DNA of 64,000 nucleotides from an uncultured Erysipelotrichaceae bacterium (GTDB taxonomy: Bacteria > Bacillota_I > Bacilli_A > Erysipelotrichales > Erysipelotrichaceae): the NCBI GenBank assembly GCA_946537255.1, contig CAMNFS010000001.1, forward strand, positions 31,713 through 95,712, written 5' to 3'. Position numbers and translations under genes: made by a program. The notes under the pieces were generated by a model. The model was not told where the DNA came from and made no database searches. It saw nothing but the letters and a program-made list of their open reading frames with translations. Below are positions 29,068-37,200 of the stretch, piece by piece (the first letter of the stretch is position 1; the number at the start of each line of letters is the position of its first letter).

Positions 29068-30483
29068 TCATTCCTTTCCATTCCAGCAATAGGTACAGAC
29101 CTCATCCTCAGTAAGACCGGTTGCCCGGATCATATCATCCAGGCGGTTGAACGCAAGCGAGGAGAAGTTCATCTCTTTCCGCATCAGATCAACCATCTTG
29201 TGATACCGGTCGGAATCCGGATTGGCATAGTCATCGAGAATGACGCGTTCCACATCCTGTCCTTCCTCACGGGCAATGATGCGGCGGGCGATCAGCTCCA
29301 TATCATTGGTGGATCGGGAGAAGTTGATATACTTGCAGCCAAAGAGAATCGGCGGACAGGCCGGGCGTACGTGGACCTCCCGGGCACCGCTTTCATACAG
29401 GAATTCTGTTGTCTCCCGCAGCTGGGTACCACGGACAATGGAATCATCGATCAGCAGCATCCGTTTGTTCTGAATCAGCTCCGCAACCGGAATCAGCTTC
29501 ATTTTCGCGATCAGATCCCGTTTGGACTGCATGGTCGGCATGAACGAACGGGGCCAGGTCGGAGTATATTTGATAAACGGACGGGAATAAGGAATATGGC
29601 TTTCATTTGAATAGCCGATGGCGTGGGCAATACCGCTGTCCGGTACACCCGCCACAATATCAAGATCCTCTGAGGTCAGAGAATCCCTCTGAGCCATGAA
29701 TTTTCCGCAGTCATACCGCATCTTTTCAACTGTTGTACCTTCATACCGGCTGGGCGGATAGCCATAATAGGTCCAAAGAAAGGTACAGATTTTCTTCTTG
29801 CTTCCAGGCTTGGAAAGAACCGTGCAGGAATCCGGCGTGATAATGACAATCTCTCCGGGGCCGAGTTCTTTATATGCACTGTAGCCGAGCTTCTCATACG
29901 CAAAGGATTCAAAGCTTGCGCAGTATCCCTCCGGCTTGACGCCGATATGAATCGGGGTTCTTCCAAGCGCGTCCCTAGCGCAGTAGATTCCCTTTTCACT
30001 CAGCATCATGATGGACATCGAACCATCAATCATCTTCTGGGCGAAACGGATTCCTTCAATGATGTTGTCCTTTTGATTGATCAAAGCGGCGACCATTTCT
30101 GTTTTGTTGATTTCGCCGCCGGACATTTCAAGAAAGTGACTGTTGGCATTGCTGAAGATTTCATCCACGATCTGATCCGTATTGTTGATCTTTCCAATGG
30201 TCACAATTGCGTAGGTACCATGATGCGAACGGACCAGCAGCGGCTGAGGATCATAGTCGGAAATACAGCCGATGCCCATATTCCCCTTCATCTCAACCAC
30301 ATCGTAAGTGAATTTGGTGCGGAACGGTGCGTTTTCGATATTATGAATCGCGCGATTGAAACCGTCTTCCCCAAACACGGCCATGCCGGCACGGCGTGTA
30401 CCGAGATGAGAATGATAGTCTGTTCCGTAAAACAGATCGAACATGCAGTCTTCCTTCAAAGCAGCCGCAAAGAATCCACCCAT
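29068..30483 (-). CDS. Amidophosphoribosyltransferase (PurF) paralog lacking the N-terminal Cys nucleophile
   Basis: The PRTase motif LLIDDSIVRGTQ is present, as are candidate Fe-S ligand positions (CTFLW.., PPILFGCKY, CTYCWNG). The N-terminus is MGGFF, where PurF has M-C-G. A strong SD AAGGAGA lies 7 nt before the ATG. Confidence 0.85.
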   Translation of the reverse strand: MGGFFAAALKEDCMFDLFYGTDYHSHLGTRRAGMAVFGEDGFNRAIHNIENAPFRTKFTYDVVEMKGNMGIGCISDYDPQPLLVRSHHGTYAIVTIGKINNTDQIVDEIFSNANSHFLEMSGGEINKTEMVAALINQKDNIIEGIRFAQKMIDGSMSIMMLSEKGIYCARDALGRTPIHIGVKPEGYCASFESFAYEKLGYSAYKELGPGEIVIITPDSCTVLSKPGSKKKICTFLWTYYGYPPSRYEGTTVEKMRYDCGKFMAQRDSLTSEDLDIVAGVPDSGIAHAIGYSNESHIPYSRPFIKYTPTWPRSFMPTMQSKRDLIAKMKLIPVAELIQNKRMLLIDDSIVRGTQLRETTEFLYESGAREVHVRPACPPILFGCKYINFSRSTNDMELIARRIIAREEGQDVERVILDDYANPDSDRYHKMVDLMRKEMNFSSLAFNRLDDMIRATGLTEDEVCTYCWNGKE

Positions 30484-30509
30484 ATATCGTCTCCTTCTTA
30501 ACGGGGGAG

Positions 30510-30520
30510 ATTATACCACA
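30510..30520 (-). promoter_or_regulatory. Extended -10 promoter element upstream of the purF-like gene
   Basis: The minus strand reads TGgTATAAT about 27 nt upstream of the ATG. No clear -35 lies at standard spacing. Confidence 0.4.
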
Positions 30521-30716
30521 AAAAAAGAGAACCACAGATGTCAACCTGTAAAGGGTTCTGGATTTTATGAATCCGATCACTGTTTCTGCCTGCTTTCTAC
30601 CCTGGCATTCATACCTGCATTCTGATCTTCCGTCTTTTCTGAAAGCGTGATAAGAAACGACAGAACCCAGTTCTGTCAGAGCACGGTTATTGTCATTTAT
30701 CTGTGGTTTCAGCCGT

Positions 30717-31577
30717 TCAGCGCTCTTTTCCATAGAAGAACAGGCCAAGCATGCCCGGCCCCACATGCGCACCGGAAAACGGCTCATGCGGACAGACAAC
30801 AATTTCCGCATCCGGTGTTATTTCAAGAATCATTGCCTTCAGATGTTCCGCATCTTCCAGGCAGTCCCCATGAGAAATAAAAACCCGATGATATTCCGAC
30901 AGATGTTTCTCTTTGTATTTTTCCGCAAGCATGTGAACTGCCTTTTTCCGTCCATGGCAGTTTGCGCAGGAAACAATATGACCGTCAAAGTCCCCGTAAA
31001 GGATCGGTTTGATATTGAGAGCCGTGCCGACCAAAGCCGCTGTCCCGCTGAGGCGTCCGGTTCTTCTGAGAAAATTCAGATCATCAACCGTAAAATACTG
31101 GCAGCAGTACGGCACAAGCGCATCCAGTATTCTGGACGCTTCGCGGCAGGATTCCCCGTTTCTGCTCAGTTCAGCTGCTTTCAGCGCAAGCATCCCGCTG
31201 CCGAATCCGCATCCATGTGAGTCAACAATATGAACCAGGCGGTCCGGATACTCCTCCATCAAAGAAGCAGCCGCGGTCTGTGCGGCGCTGAAGGTGCCGC
31301 TGATGAGAGAACTCATCGCGATATAGACGATATCTGTACCTTCCTTCACAACCGGTTCAAAATGAGACAGAAACAGGCCCGTGTTCAGAAGACTGGTCTT
31401 TACCTCGGTTCCCTTCCTCAGCTTTTCATAATATTCATGGGGATCGAAATGATCGATGTCGCCATAATAAACACAGGGTTTCCCATCCACTGTATACTCA
31501 CTCGGAAGCAGTCTGATCCCATCCAGAAGACTTCCGGGAAGATTCGCTGTGCCATCCGCAAATACCGCAAAACTCAT
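30717..31577 (-). CDS. DegV family fatty-acid-binding protein
   Basis: 286 aa. The sequence is DegV-like throughout (VFADGTANLP...KTSLLNTG...YIAMSSLISGTF...). Confidence 0.9.
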   Translation of the reverse strand: MSFAVFADGTANLPGSLLDGIRLLPSEYTVDGKPCVYYGDIDHFDPHEYYEKLRKGTEVKTSLLNTGLFLSHFEPVVKEGTDIVYIAMSSLISGTFSAAQTAAASLMEEYPDRLVHIVDSHGCGFGSGMLALKAAELSRNGESCREASRILDALVPYCCQYFTVDDLNFLRRTGRLSGTAALVGTALNIKPILYGDFDGHIVSCANCHGRKKAVHMLAEKYKEKHLSEYHRVFISHGDCLEDAEHLKAMILEITPDAEIVVCPHEPFSGAHVGPGMLGLFFYGKER

Positions 31578-31665
31578 CCTTACACTCCTTCAATCTCATT
31601 CATCATTCAACGAAAAACCAGATTGATCTGTGCATCTTCAGATCCAACCGAGGTTCTTTTCTTCT

Positions 31666-32034
31666 TCACTTTTCCTCCAGGCGTACCATGATGACTTCCC
31701 CATCATGAATCCCGGAATTCCCAAAAGTAGTATTGTAATTGAGCTCCGTGATTCCATCTTCATGAAACAGCAGAATCCGGTACCAGCGTGCCTCGGCCTG
31801 TTCCGCAATCGCATTGCGGCAGTCCTCGATTCTGTATCCCGGCGCCGCGCTCACAACCGATTTCCTTTTATTCAGAAGGTTCAGATAGACCAGTCTGAAA
31901 CAGATCCGATCCGGCTGATTCAGGATATCCGCAGGAATCTCAGCATTCCCGTCATCAATGATTTCAATCCATTTTTCACTCATGTTCCAGCCCAGGACAT
32001 GCCTGTCCTCCTTGTTTTTCATCATATCACGCAT
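31666..32034 (-). CDS. Hypothetical protein (start uncertain)
   Basis: The ORF is 122 aa with plausible composition and no family I recognise. The only strong SD (AAGGAGGA) lies inside the ORF, so the true start is unclear. Confidence 0.45.
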   Translation of the reverse strand: MRDMMKNKEDRHVLGWNMSEKWIEIIDDGNAEIPADILNQPDRICFRLVYLNLLNKRKSVVSAAPGYRIEDCRNAIAEQAEARWYRILLFHEDGITELNYNTTFGNSGIHDGEVIMVRLEEK

Positions 32035-32179
32035 GAGCTGGCATAAACGAAAACTTCAAAACTAAAAAACAGTCCATGGGAAAAGCAGTGGTTATAACGT
32101 ATATAAAACGAATGGAAAAACAGGTTATTCAGGTTGTATCTCTTGAACCTGCAGAGCCGAATACAAAGGAGAAAGGAAC

Positions 32180-32458
32180 ATGAAAGATCGGAAGAATACA
32201 GTACTGCTTGAGGATGATCAGCTCGACGTTGTCTTTGGAGGTGTTTCTCCAGCCAGTTTTGAACTGCTGGCCCTGCAGGCGGCGGGCCTTGAGATAAAAG
32301 GATCGGTTTTCCGCAATAAAGGCGTGGTCCTGGCTTCCAGCGGTGAAAGCCTCTCAGCGGAAGAAGCGGATGCGGCAAGACAGTATTTCCTGAAGAAAGG
32401 TCATCCCGCGGCCAGCCGGAAGGATCTGCAGTTCTTTCAGACATCCGCATCTGAGTAA
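32180..32458 (+). CDS. Small secreted-peptide precursor with double-glycine (class II bacteriocin-type) leader
   Basis: The leader MKDRKNTVLLEDDQLDVVFGG|VSPASF... fits the LSxxELxxIxGG consensus, with hydrophobic residues at -4, -7 and -12. SD AAGGAGAAAGG lies 4 nt upstream. The predicted core is 71 aa. Confidence 0.6.
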   Translation: MKDRKNTVLLEDDQLDVVFGGVSPASFELLALQAAGLEIKGSVFRNKGVVLASSGESLSAEEADAARQYFLKKGHPAASRKDLQFFQTSASE

Positions 32459-32576
32459 CTGATTCATTGCCCTGTATCAATAACAAATCGCTTGTACCCT
32501 TTTACTGCCGGAAGAATTTTTTTCCGGAAATAAGAAAGACCCTCAGAGACTGAGAGTCTTTCAGAGTTCGAGCTCA

Positions 32577-34778
32577 TTACAGATGAAGCACACGCTCCTT
32601 GATTTCCTGCGTGCGTCCCTGATTCCAGAACTGGGTTCCGATATACCCACAGGTCCTTCTGGCAACATTCATCGTATTCTGATCGGTGTTGCCGCAGTTC
32701 GGGCACTTCCAGATCAGCTTGTGATTTTCATCTTCCTTGATTTCTATTTCGCCGTCATATCCGCATTTCTGACAATAGTCGCTCTTGGTGTTGAGCTCTG
32801 CATACATGATCGTATTGTAGATATGCTTCATGACCGCAAGAACTGCCGGAATGTTGTTCTGCATGTTCGGGACTTCCACATACGAGATGGCTCCGCCCGG
32901 GGAAAGCTTCTGGAACGCGCTTTCCTGAGTCAGTTTGTCAAAGGCATTGATTTCCTCTGCCACATGAATGTGATAGCTGTTGGTAATATAGTTCCTGTCT
33001 GTGACATGCGGAATGACTCCGAAGCGCTCCTGCAGGCACTTGGCAAACTTGTAGGTCGTGCTTTCCATCGGGGTTCCATAGACTGAAAAGTCAATATTGC
33101 TTTCCTTTTTCCACTTCAAGCATGCGTCATTCATATGCTGCATGACGGCAAGACCGAACTTTCTTCCCTCTTCACTGGTATGCGATTTGCCAGTCATGTA
33201 ATAGACGCATTCGGACAGTCCGCCATAGCCAAGGCTGATGGTGGAATATCCATCATAAAGAAGCTTGTCAATGACCTCGCCTTTTTCCAGTCTTGCCAGC
33301 GCTCCATACTGCCAGAGAATCGGCGCGACGTCACTCGGTGTACCCTTGAGCCGATTATGGCGGATCATCAGTGCTCTGTGGCAGAGTTCAAGACGCTCAT
33401 CAAAAATCTTCCAGAAACTCTCCATATCCTTTTTCGAGGAACAGGCAATGTCCACAAGGTTCAGGGTGACAACCCCCTGATTGAAGCGGCCATAATAGCG
33501 ATGTACTCCCTCATGGTAATCCTTTGCCTTGGCAATATTGGCTACGCCGGCATCGGTAAAGCGGTCCGGTGTCAGGAAGGAACGGCAGCCCATGCAAGGA
33601 TAGACATCTCCCTTGAGTTCCTTCATCATCTTTGCGGAAATATAGTCCGGTACCATCCGCTTCGCGGTGCATTCCGCAGCGAGTTTCGTCAGATAATAGT
33701 ATTTGCTGTCTTCATGGATATTGTCTTCATCCAGGGCATAGATCAGCTTCGGGAACGCCGGCGTGATATAAACGCCCTTTTCATTTTTGACGCCGAGAAT
33801 CCGCTGCTTCAGCATCTCCTCAATGATGATGGCAAGGTCATCTCTGACCTGGCCTTCCTCCACTTCGTCCAGATACATGAACACGGTCACAAACGGAGCC
33901 TGACCATTGGTAGTCATCAGGGTAATAATCTGATACTGCATGGTCTGTACACCGGTCTTGATTTCCTTGCGGACCCGTTCTTCCGCGATCATATTGATCC
34001 GGTCATTATCCACTTCAATCCCTGCGGCGGCAAGTTCCTCCGCTACTGCCTGACGGTGCTTTTTCCGGGAGACTTCGACAAACGGCGCAAGATGAGCCAG
34101 CGTAATGGTCTGGCCGCCATACTGGTTGGAAGCGACCTGGGCAATAATCTGCGTCGCGATATTGCATGCGGTGGCAAAGCTGTGCGGCTTTTCAATCGCG
34201 GTCTCACTGATCACCGTTCCGTTCTGCAGCATGTCCTCAAGATTGACCAGGCAGCAGTTATGCATCGGCTGAGCAAAATAATCGGCATCATGAAAATGAA
34301 TGATTCCTTTCTCATGGGCATCGATAATATCCGGCGGAAGCAGGAAGCGTCTGGTGATATCCTTGGAGACCTCTCCTGCCATATAGTCCCGCTGGGTGCT
34401 GTTGACAGTCGGATTCTTATTGGAGTTTTCCTGCTTGGCCTCTTCGTTATAACGGCCGATCAGGGAAAGAATCTGTTTGTCAGTAGTATTTGCCTTGCGT
34501 ACCAGAGCTCTTTCATACCGGTAGGTAATATAGTTATGGGCGAGCTGGAAGGCTTTTTCAGCCATAACCTCGGTTTCAACCATATCCTGAATCTCTTCGA
34601 CCGCAAGACTTCTCTTCAGTTTCTCACAGGCTTCCACAACCCGGTCCGTGATCAGACGGATCTGTTCTTCGGAAATCTGGCTGGTTTCTACGGTAGCGGC
34701 ATTTGCCTTGCGCACGGCATTTTCAATCTTGGAGGCGTCAAATGTGACTTCTTCTCCGCTGCGCTTGATTACGTTCAT
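32577..34778 (-). CDS. nrdD: Anaerobic ribonucleoside-triphosphate reductase (class III), with N-terminal ATP-cone
   Basis: 733 aa. It has an ATP-cone (MNVIKRSGEEVTFDASKIENAV), a C-terminal Zn ribbon (CQKCGYDGE...CPNCG) and the glycyl radical motif RRTCGYIG. Confidence 0.97.
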   Translation of the reverse strand: MNVIKRSGEEVTFDASKIENAVRKANAATVETSQISEEQIRLITDRVVEACEKLKRSLAVEEIQDMVETEVMAEKAFQLAHNYITYRYERALVRKANTTDKQILSLIGRYNEEAKQENSNKNPTVNSTQRDYMAGEVSKDITRRFLLPPDIIDAHEKGIIHFHDADYFAQPMHNCCLVNLEDMLQNGTVISETAIEKPHSFATACNIATQIIAQVASNQYGGQTITLAHLAPFVEVSRKKHRQAVAEELAAAGIEVDNDRINMIAEERVRKEIKTGVQTMQYQIITLMTTNGQAPFVTVFMYLDEVEEGQVRDDLAIIIEEMLKQRILGVKNEKGVYITPAFPKLIYALDEDNIHEDSKYYYLTKLAAECTAKRMVPDYISAKMMKELKGDVYPCMGCRSFLTPDRFTDAGVANIAKAKDYHEGVHRYYGRFNQGVVTLNLVDIACSSKKDMESFWKIFDERLELCHRALMIRHNRLKGTPSDVAPILWQYGALARLEKGEVIDKLLYDGYSTISLGYGGLSECVYYMTGKSHTSEEGRKFGLAVMQHMNDACLKWKKESNIDFSVYGTPMESTTYKFAKCLQERFGVIPHVTDRNYITNSYHIHVAEEINAFDKLTQESAFQKLSPGGAISYVEVPNMQNNIPAVLAVMKHIYNTIMYAELNTKSDYCQKCGYDGEIEIKEDENHKLIWKCPNCGNTDQNTMNVARRTCGYIGTQFWNQGRTQEIKERVLHL

Positions 34779-34804
34779 AGTGTTCTCCCCTTTTTATTCA
34801 AATA

Positions 34805-34826
34805 AATAGTTGCATTTCCAACTATT
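34805..34826. promoter_or_regulatory. Palindrome between nrdD promoter and SD (candidate operator)
   Basis: AATAGTTG-N6-CAACTATT has 8-bp perfect arms. It lies 17 nt downstream of the -10 hexamer. Confidence 0.35.
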
Positions 34827-34842
34827 CTCGTTCAGCAAGATG

Positions 34843-34871
34843 ATTATAGGCAACCCCACCATCGTTTGCAA
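34843..34871 (-). promoter_or_regulatory. Sigma-A type promoter for nrdD
   Basis: The minus strand reads TTGCAA, a 17-nt spacer, then TATAAT. Confidence 0.6.
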
Positions 34872-35070
34872 GCGAAATAACCTGTCTTCCGCAATTCTTT
34901 TTTCATTAAAGATGCTCCGATTGAAAAACTGTTCATGAAGAGAATTCGGACAGGGATCCTATACCCTTTTATAGATCCCGAAAATCATGATATTCATGAC
35001 TTCTGAGCGATACCTTTGGAGCGAGTGAAAAAATGAAAGCGAATGGCTGTTTCCGGTATCATTCCGCATA

Positions 35071-35097
35071 TGAAAACCGGAAGAAATCCTTCCGGTC
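35071..35097 (-). terminator. Terminator after the 255-aa membrane protein gene
   Basis: The minus strand reads ACCGGAAG-gattt-CTTCCGGT followed by TTT. Confidence 0.6.
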
Positions 35098-35130
35098 AGA
35101 CGGTATTCAATGGATCAGATCTTTCTTTTT

Positions 35131-35898
35131 TCAGTAATAATAAGTCGCCACATATTCCACCCCCTCTTCGGGAACAAGGGAGAAGGAAAGTTCGAAATCA
35201 TTATCTCTTGGGTAAGGTGTGACGGGATCAAAATGAAACGGGTTATCATAATACCGGTCAATCGCCTCATTCAGCTCCTTCTCGGAGTAATACAGATGGC
35301 GGCCGTCATGATACAGTTCAAAATGCAGAAATATCTTATCCCGTTCCGGATCACACTGGCCTGTCTGCACATACTCCCGGTCAAAATCCGCAAGCAGGAT
35401 CGACTCCCGCACATGGAGCGCATCACTGTAATCCACCGAATAGTTGTCGATATAGTTCTGATAATACGTCACGGAAGTGATATGTACATCTCCATAGGCA
35501 TCCAGGACATCCTGCCAAGTGGAGCCTTCGCCGATACCGCGGTTGGTGATCATGCCGTTACCGTCCCATGAATGCATGGGCTTCAGATGCATGGAGCGGA
35601 CCTTCTGGGCCGGCTGGCCGGTTGTTTTGTCCACAAGAATATAATCCTCCGGGGCCAGGTATCCTTCCATGGTACGGTTTTCAAGGAACAGCGTGTTTTC
35701 GTTGCGGAAGGATACACCCGCAAGCATGGAAATCATACAGGCTGTCACCCCTCCGAGAATCATAAGAAACTTTTTCAGTCCCACATCCGCAGAGGCTGCC
35801 ACTTTCTGGCTCTGCTGGCTGAACTGCTTCTTTTTTTCTTCCCAGTCCTGTGAAAACGGATTCTTCTGTTCCGGTTTTTTCTGACTCTGTACAGGCAT
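35131..35898 (-). CDS. Hypothetical membrane-anchored protein
   Basis: 255 aa. It has a charged N-terminus, one TM helix (FLMILGGVTACMISMLAGV) and a roughly 190-aa extracytoplasmic domain rich in Y/D. I recognise no family. Confidence 0.55.
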   Translation of the reverse strand: MPVQSQKKPEQKNPFSQDWEEKKKQFSQQSQKVAASADVGLKKFLMILGGVTACMISMLAGVSFRNENTLFLENRTMEGYLAPEDYILVDKTTGQPAQKVRSMHLKPMHSWDGNGMITNRGIGEGSTWQDVLDAYGDVHITSVTYYQNYIDNYSVDYSDALHVRESILLADFDREYVQTGQCDPERDKIFLHFELYHDGRHLYYSEKELNEAIDRYYDNPFHFDPVTPYPRDNDFELSFSLVPEEGVEYVATYYY

Positions 35899-35965
35899 AA
35901 AAATACTTTAGCAAAGGAAACAGAAGCGGGCAACTCTTTCTCTTTCTGAGGGAATCAAACAGCCG

Positions 35966-36006
35966 CAAAAAAAAGCATCTTCCTTCATGATTTCAGGAAA
36001 ATGCTT
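35966..36006 (-). terminator. Rho-independent terminator after fucO
   Basis: The minus strand has AGCATTTTCCT...AGGAAGATGCT, an 11-bp stem with one mismatch, followed by T8. Confidence 0.75.
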
Positions 36007-36015
36007 TGAATGAAT

Positions 36016-37164
36016 TTACATCAGGCTGAGGTAGAGTTCCTTGATGATTTCAGGAGATACCGGTCTCGGATTGCCCGGTGTGCAGGCATCCTTGAAGGCA
36101 TCGGCGGAAAGCTGATCCACATCCTCCATCGGGACAACTCCCTTGAGGGACATGACAATTCCAACGTCCTCACCAAGCTTCTTCACAGCCGCGACAGCTG
36201 CAGCTCTTGCCTCTTCAATCGGCATGGTGTAAGCACCTTCGACATCAAACGCTGCCGCGATATCACGGTACTTCTCACCGGTTACCGGCGCGTTGAATGC
36301 CATGACGGTCGGAAGCAGAGTCGCGCAGGCCTTGCCATGCGGCATGTTGTAGTACGCGCTGAGCGTATGCGCCATGGAATGGTCCACGCCAAGGCCGACA
36401 TTGGAGAATCCCATACCGGCAATATACTGGGCCAGAGCCATCGCTTCACGTCCTGCCGGCTCATTGGCAACAGCCGAACGGAGATTCTTGGCAATCAGCT
36501 GGATCGCCTTGATATGGAACATATCAGAAAGCTCCCAGGCACCGGCTGTGATATAGCCTTCAATTGCGTGTGTCAGAGCATCCATACCGGTCGCGGCAGT
36601 CAGGCCCTTCGGCATGGAACTCATCATCTCCGGATCAACAAATGCGATCACCGGAATATCATGGGGATCAACGCAGACAAACTTCCGCTTGTTCTGAACA
36701 TCCGTAATGACATAGTTGATGGTAACTTCCGCAGCGGTTCCGGCTGTGGTCGGAACGGCAAGAATGGGAACACTCGGATGCTTGGTCGGCGCAACGCCTT
36801 CCAGACTTCTGACATCCGCGAATTCCGGATTGGCAATGATAATGCCGATTGCCTTGGAAGTATCCATGGAAGATCCGCCGCCGATCGCGACAATCGCATC
36901 CGCGCCGCTTGCCTTGAATTCTTCCACACCTGCCTGAACATTCTCAATTGTCGGATTCGGCTGAATGTTGGAATAGAGTGTGAAAGGAATATCCGCATCC
37001 TTGAGAAGATCCGTTACCTTTGCCGTGACACCGAAGTTCACAAGATCCGGGTCACTCGCGACAAAGACTTTCCTAAATCCACGGTTCTTAATCTCCGGTA
37101 CGATTTCTCTGATCGCGCCGGCACCATGATAGGATGTCTCATTCAATACAAACCGATTTGCCAT
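36016..37164 (-). CDS. fucO: Lactaldehyde reductase / L-1,2-propanediol oxidoreductase (iron-containing ADH)
   Basis: 382 aa. It is collinear with E. coli FucO as I recall it (MANRFVLNETSYHGAGA..., NPEFADVRSLEG, VPILAVPTTAGTAAEVTINYVITD, KFVCVDPHDIP, DALTHAIEGYIT). Confidence 0.88.
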   Translation of the reverse strand: MANRFVLNETSYHGAGAIREIVPEIKNRGFRKVFVASDPDLVNFGVTAKVTDLLKDADIPFTLYSNIQPNPTIENVQAGVEEFKASGADAIVAIGGGSSMDTSKAIGIIIANPEFADVRSLEGVAPTKHPSVPILAVPTTAGTAAEVTINYVITDVQNKRKFVCVDPHDIPVIAFVDPEMMSSMPKGLTAATGMDALTHAIEGYITAGAWELSDMFHIKAIQLIAKNLRSAVANEPAGREAMALAQYIAGMGFSNVGLGVDHSMAHTLSAYYNMPHGKACATLLPTVMAFNAPVTGEKYRDIAAAFDVEGAYTMPIEEARAAAVAAVKKLGEDVGIVMSLKGVVPMEDVDQLSADAFKDACTPGNPRPVSPEIIKELYLSLM

Positions 37165-37200
37165 TTTTATCCTCCTTCTTTCTTTATGAAACAGCAGTTA

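Noticed and set aside
32022-32486. 154-aa minus-strand ORF overlapping the GG-leader peptide gene.
   Set aside because: Its translation is P/R/S-rich junk with no SD. The plus-strand ORF has a strong SD and a recognisable leader motif.
34805-34826. Considered calling the nrdD palindrome an NrdR box.
   Set aside because: The arms resemble NrdR half-sites, but orientation and spacing do not fit the 16-bp acaCwAtATaTwGtgt consensus or the usual tandem-box arrangement. It is kept as a generic candidate operator.
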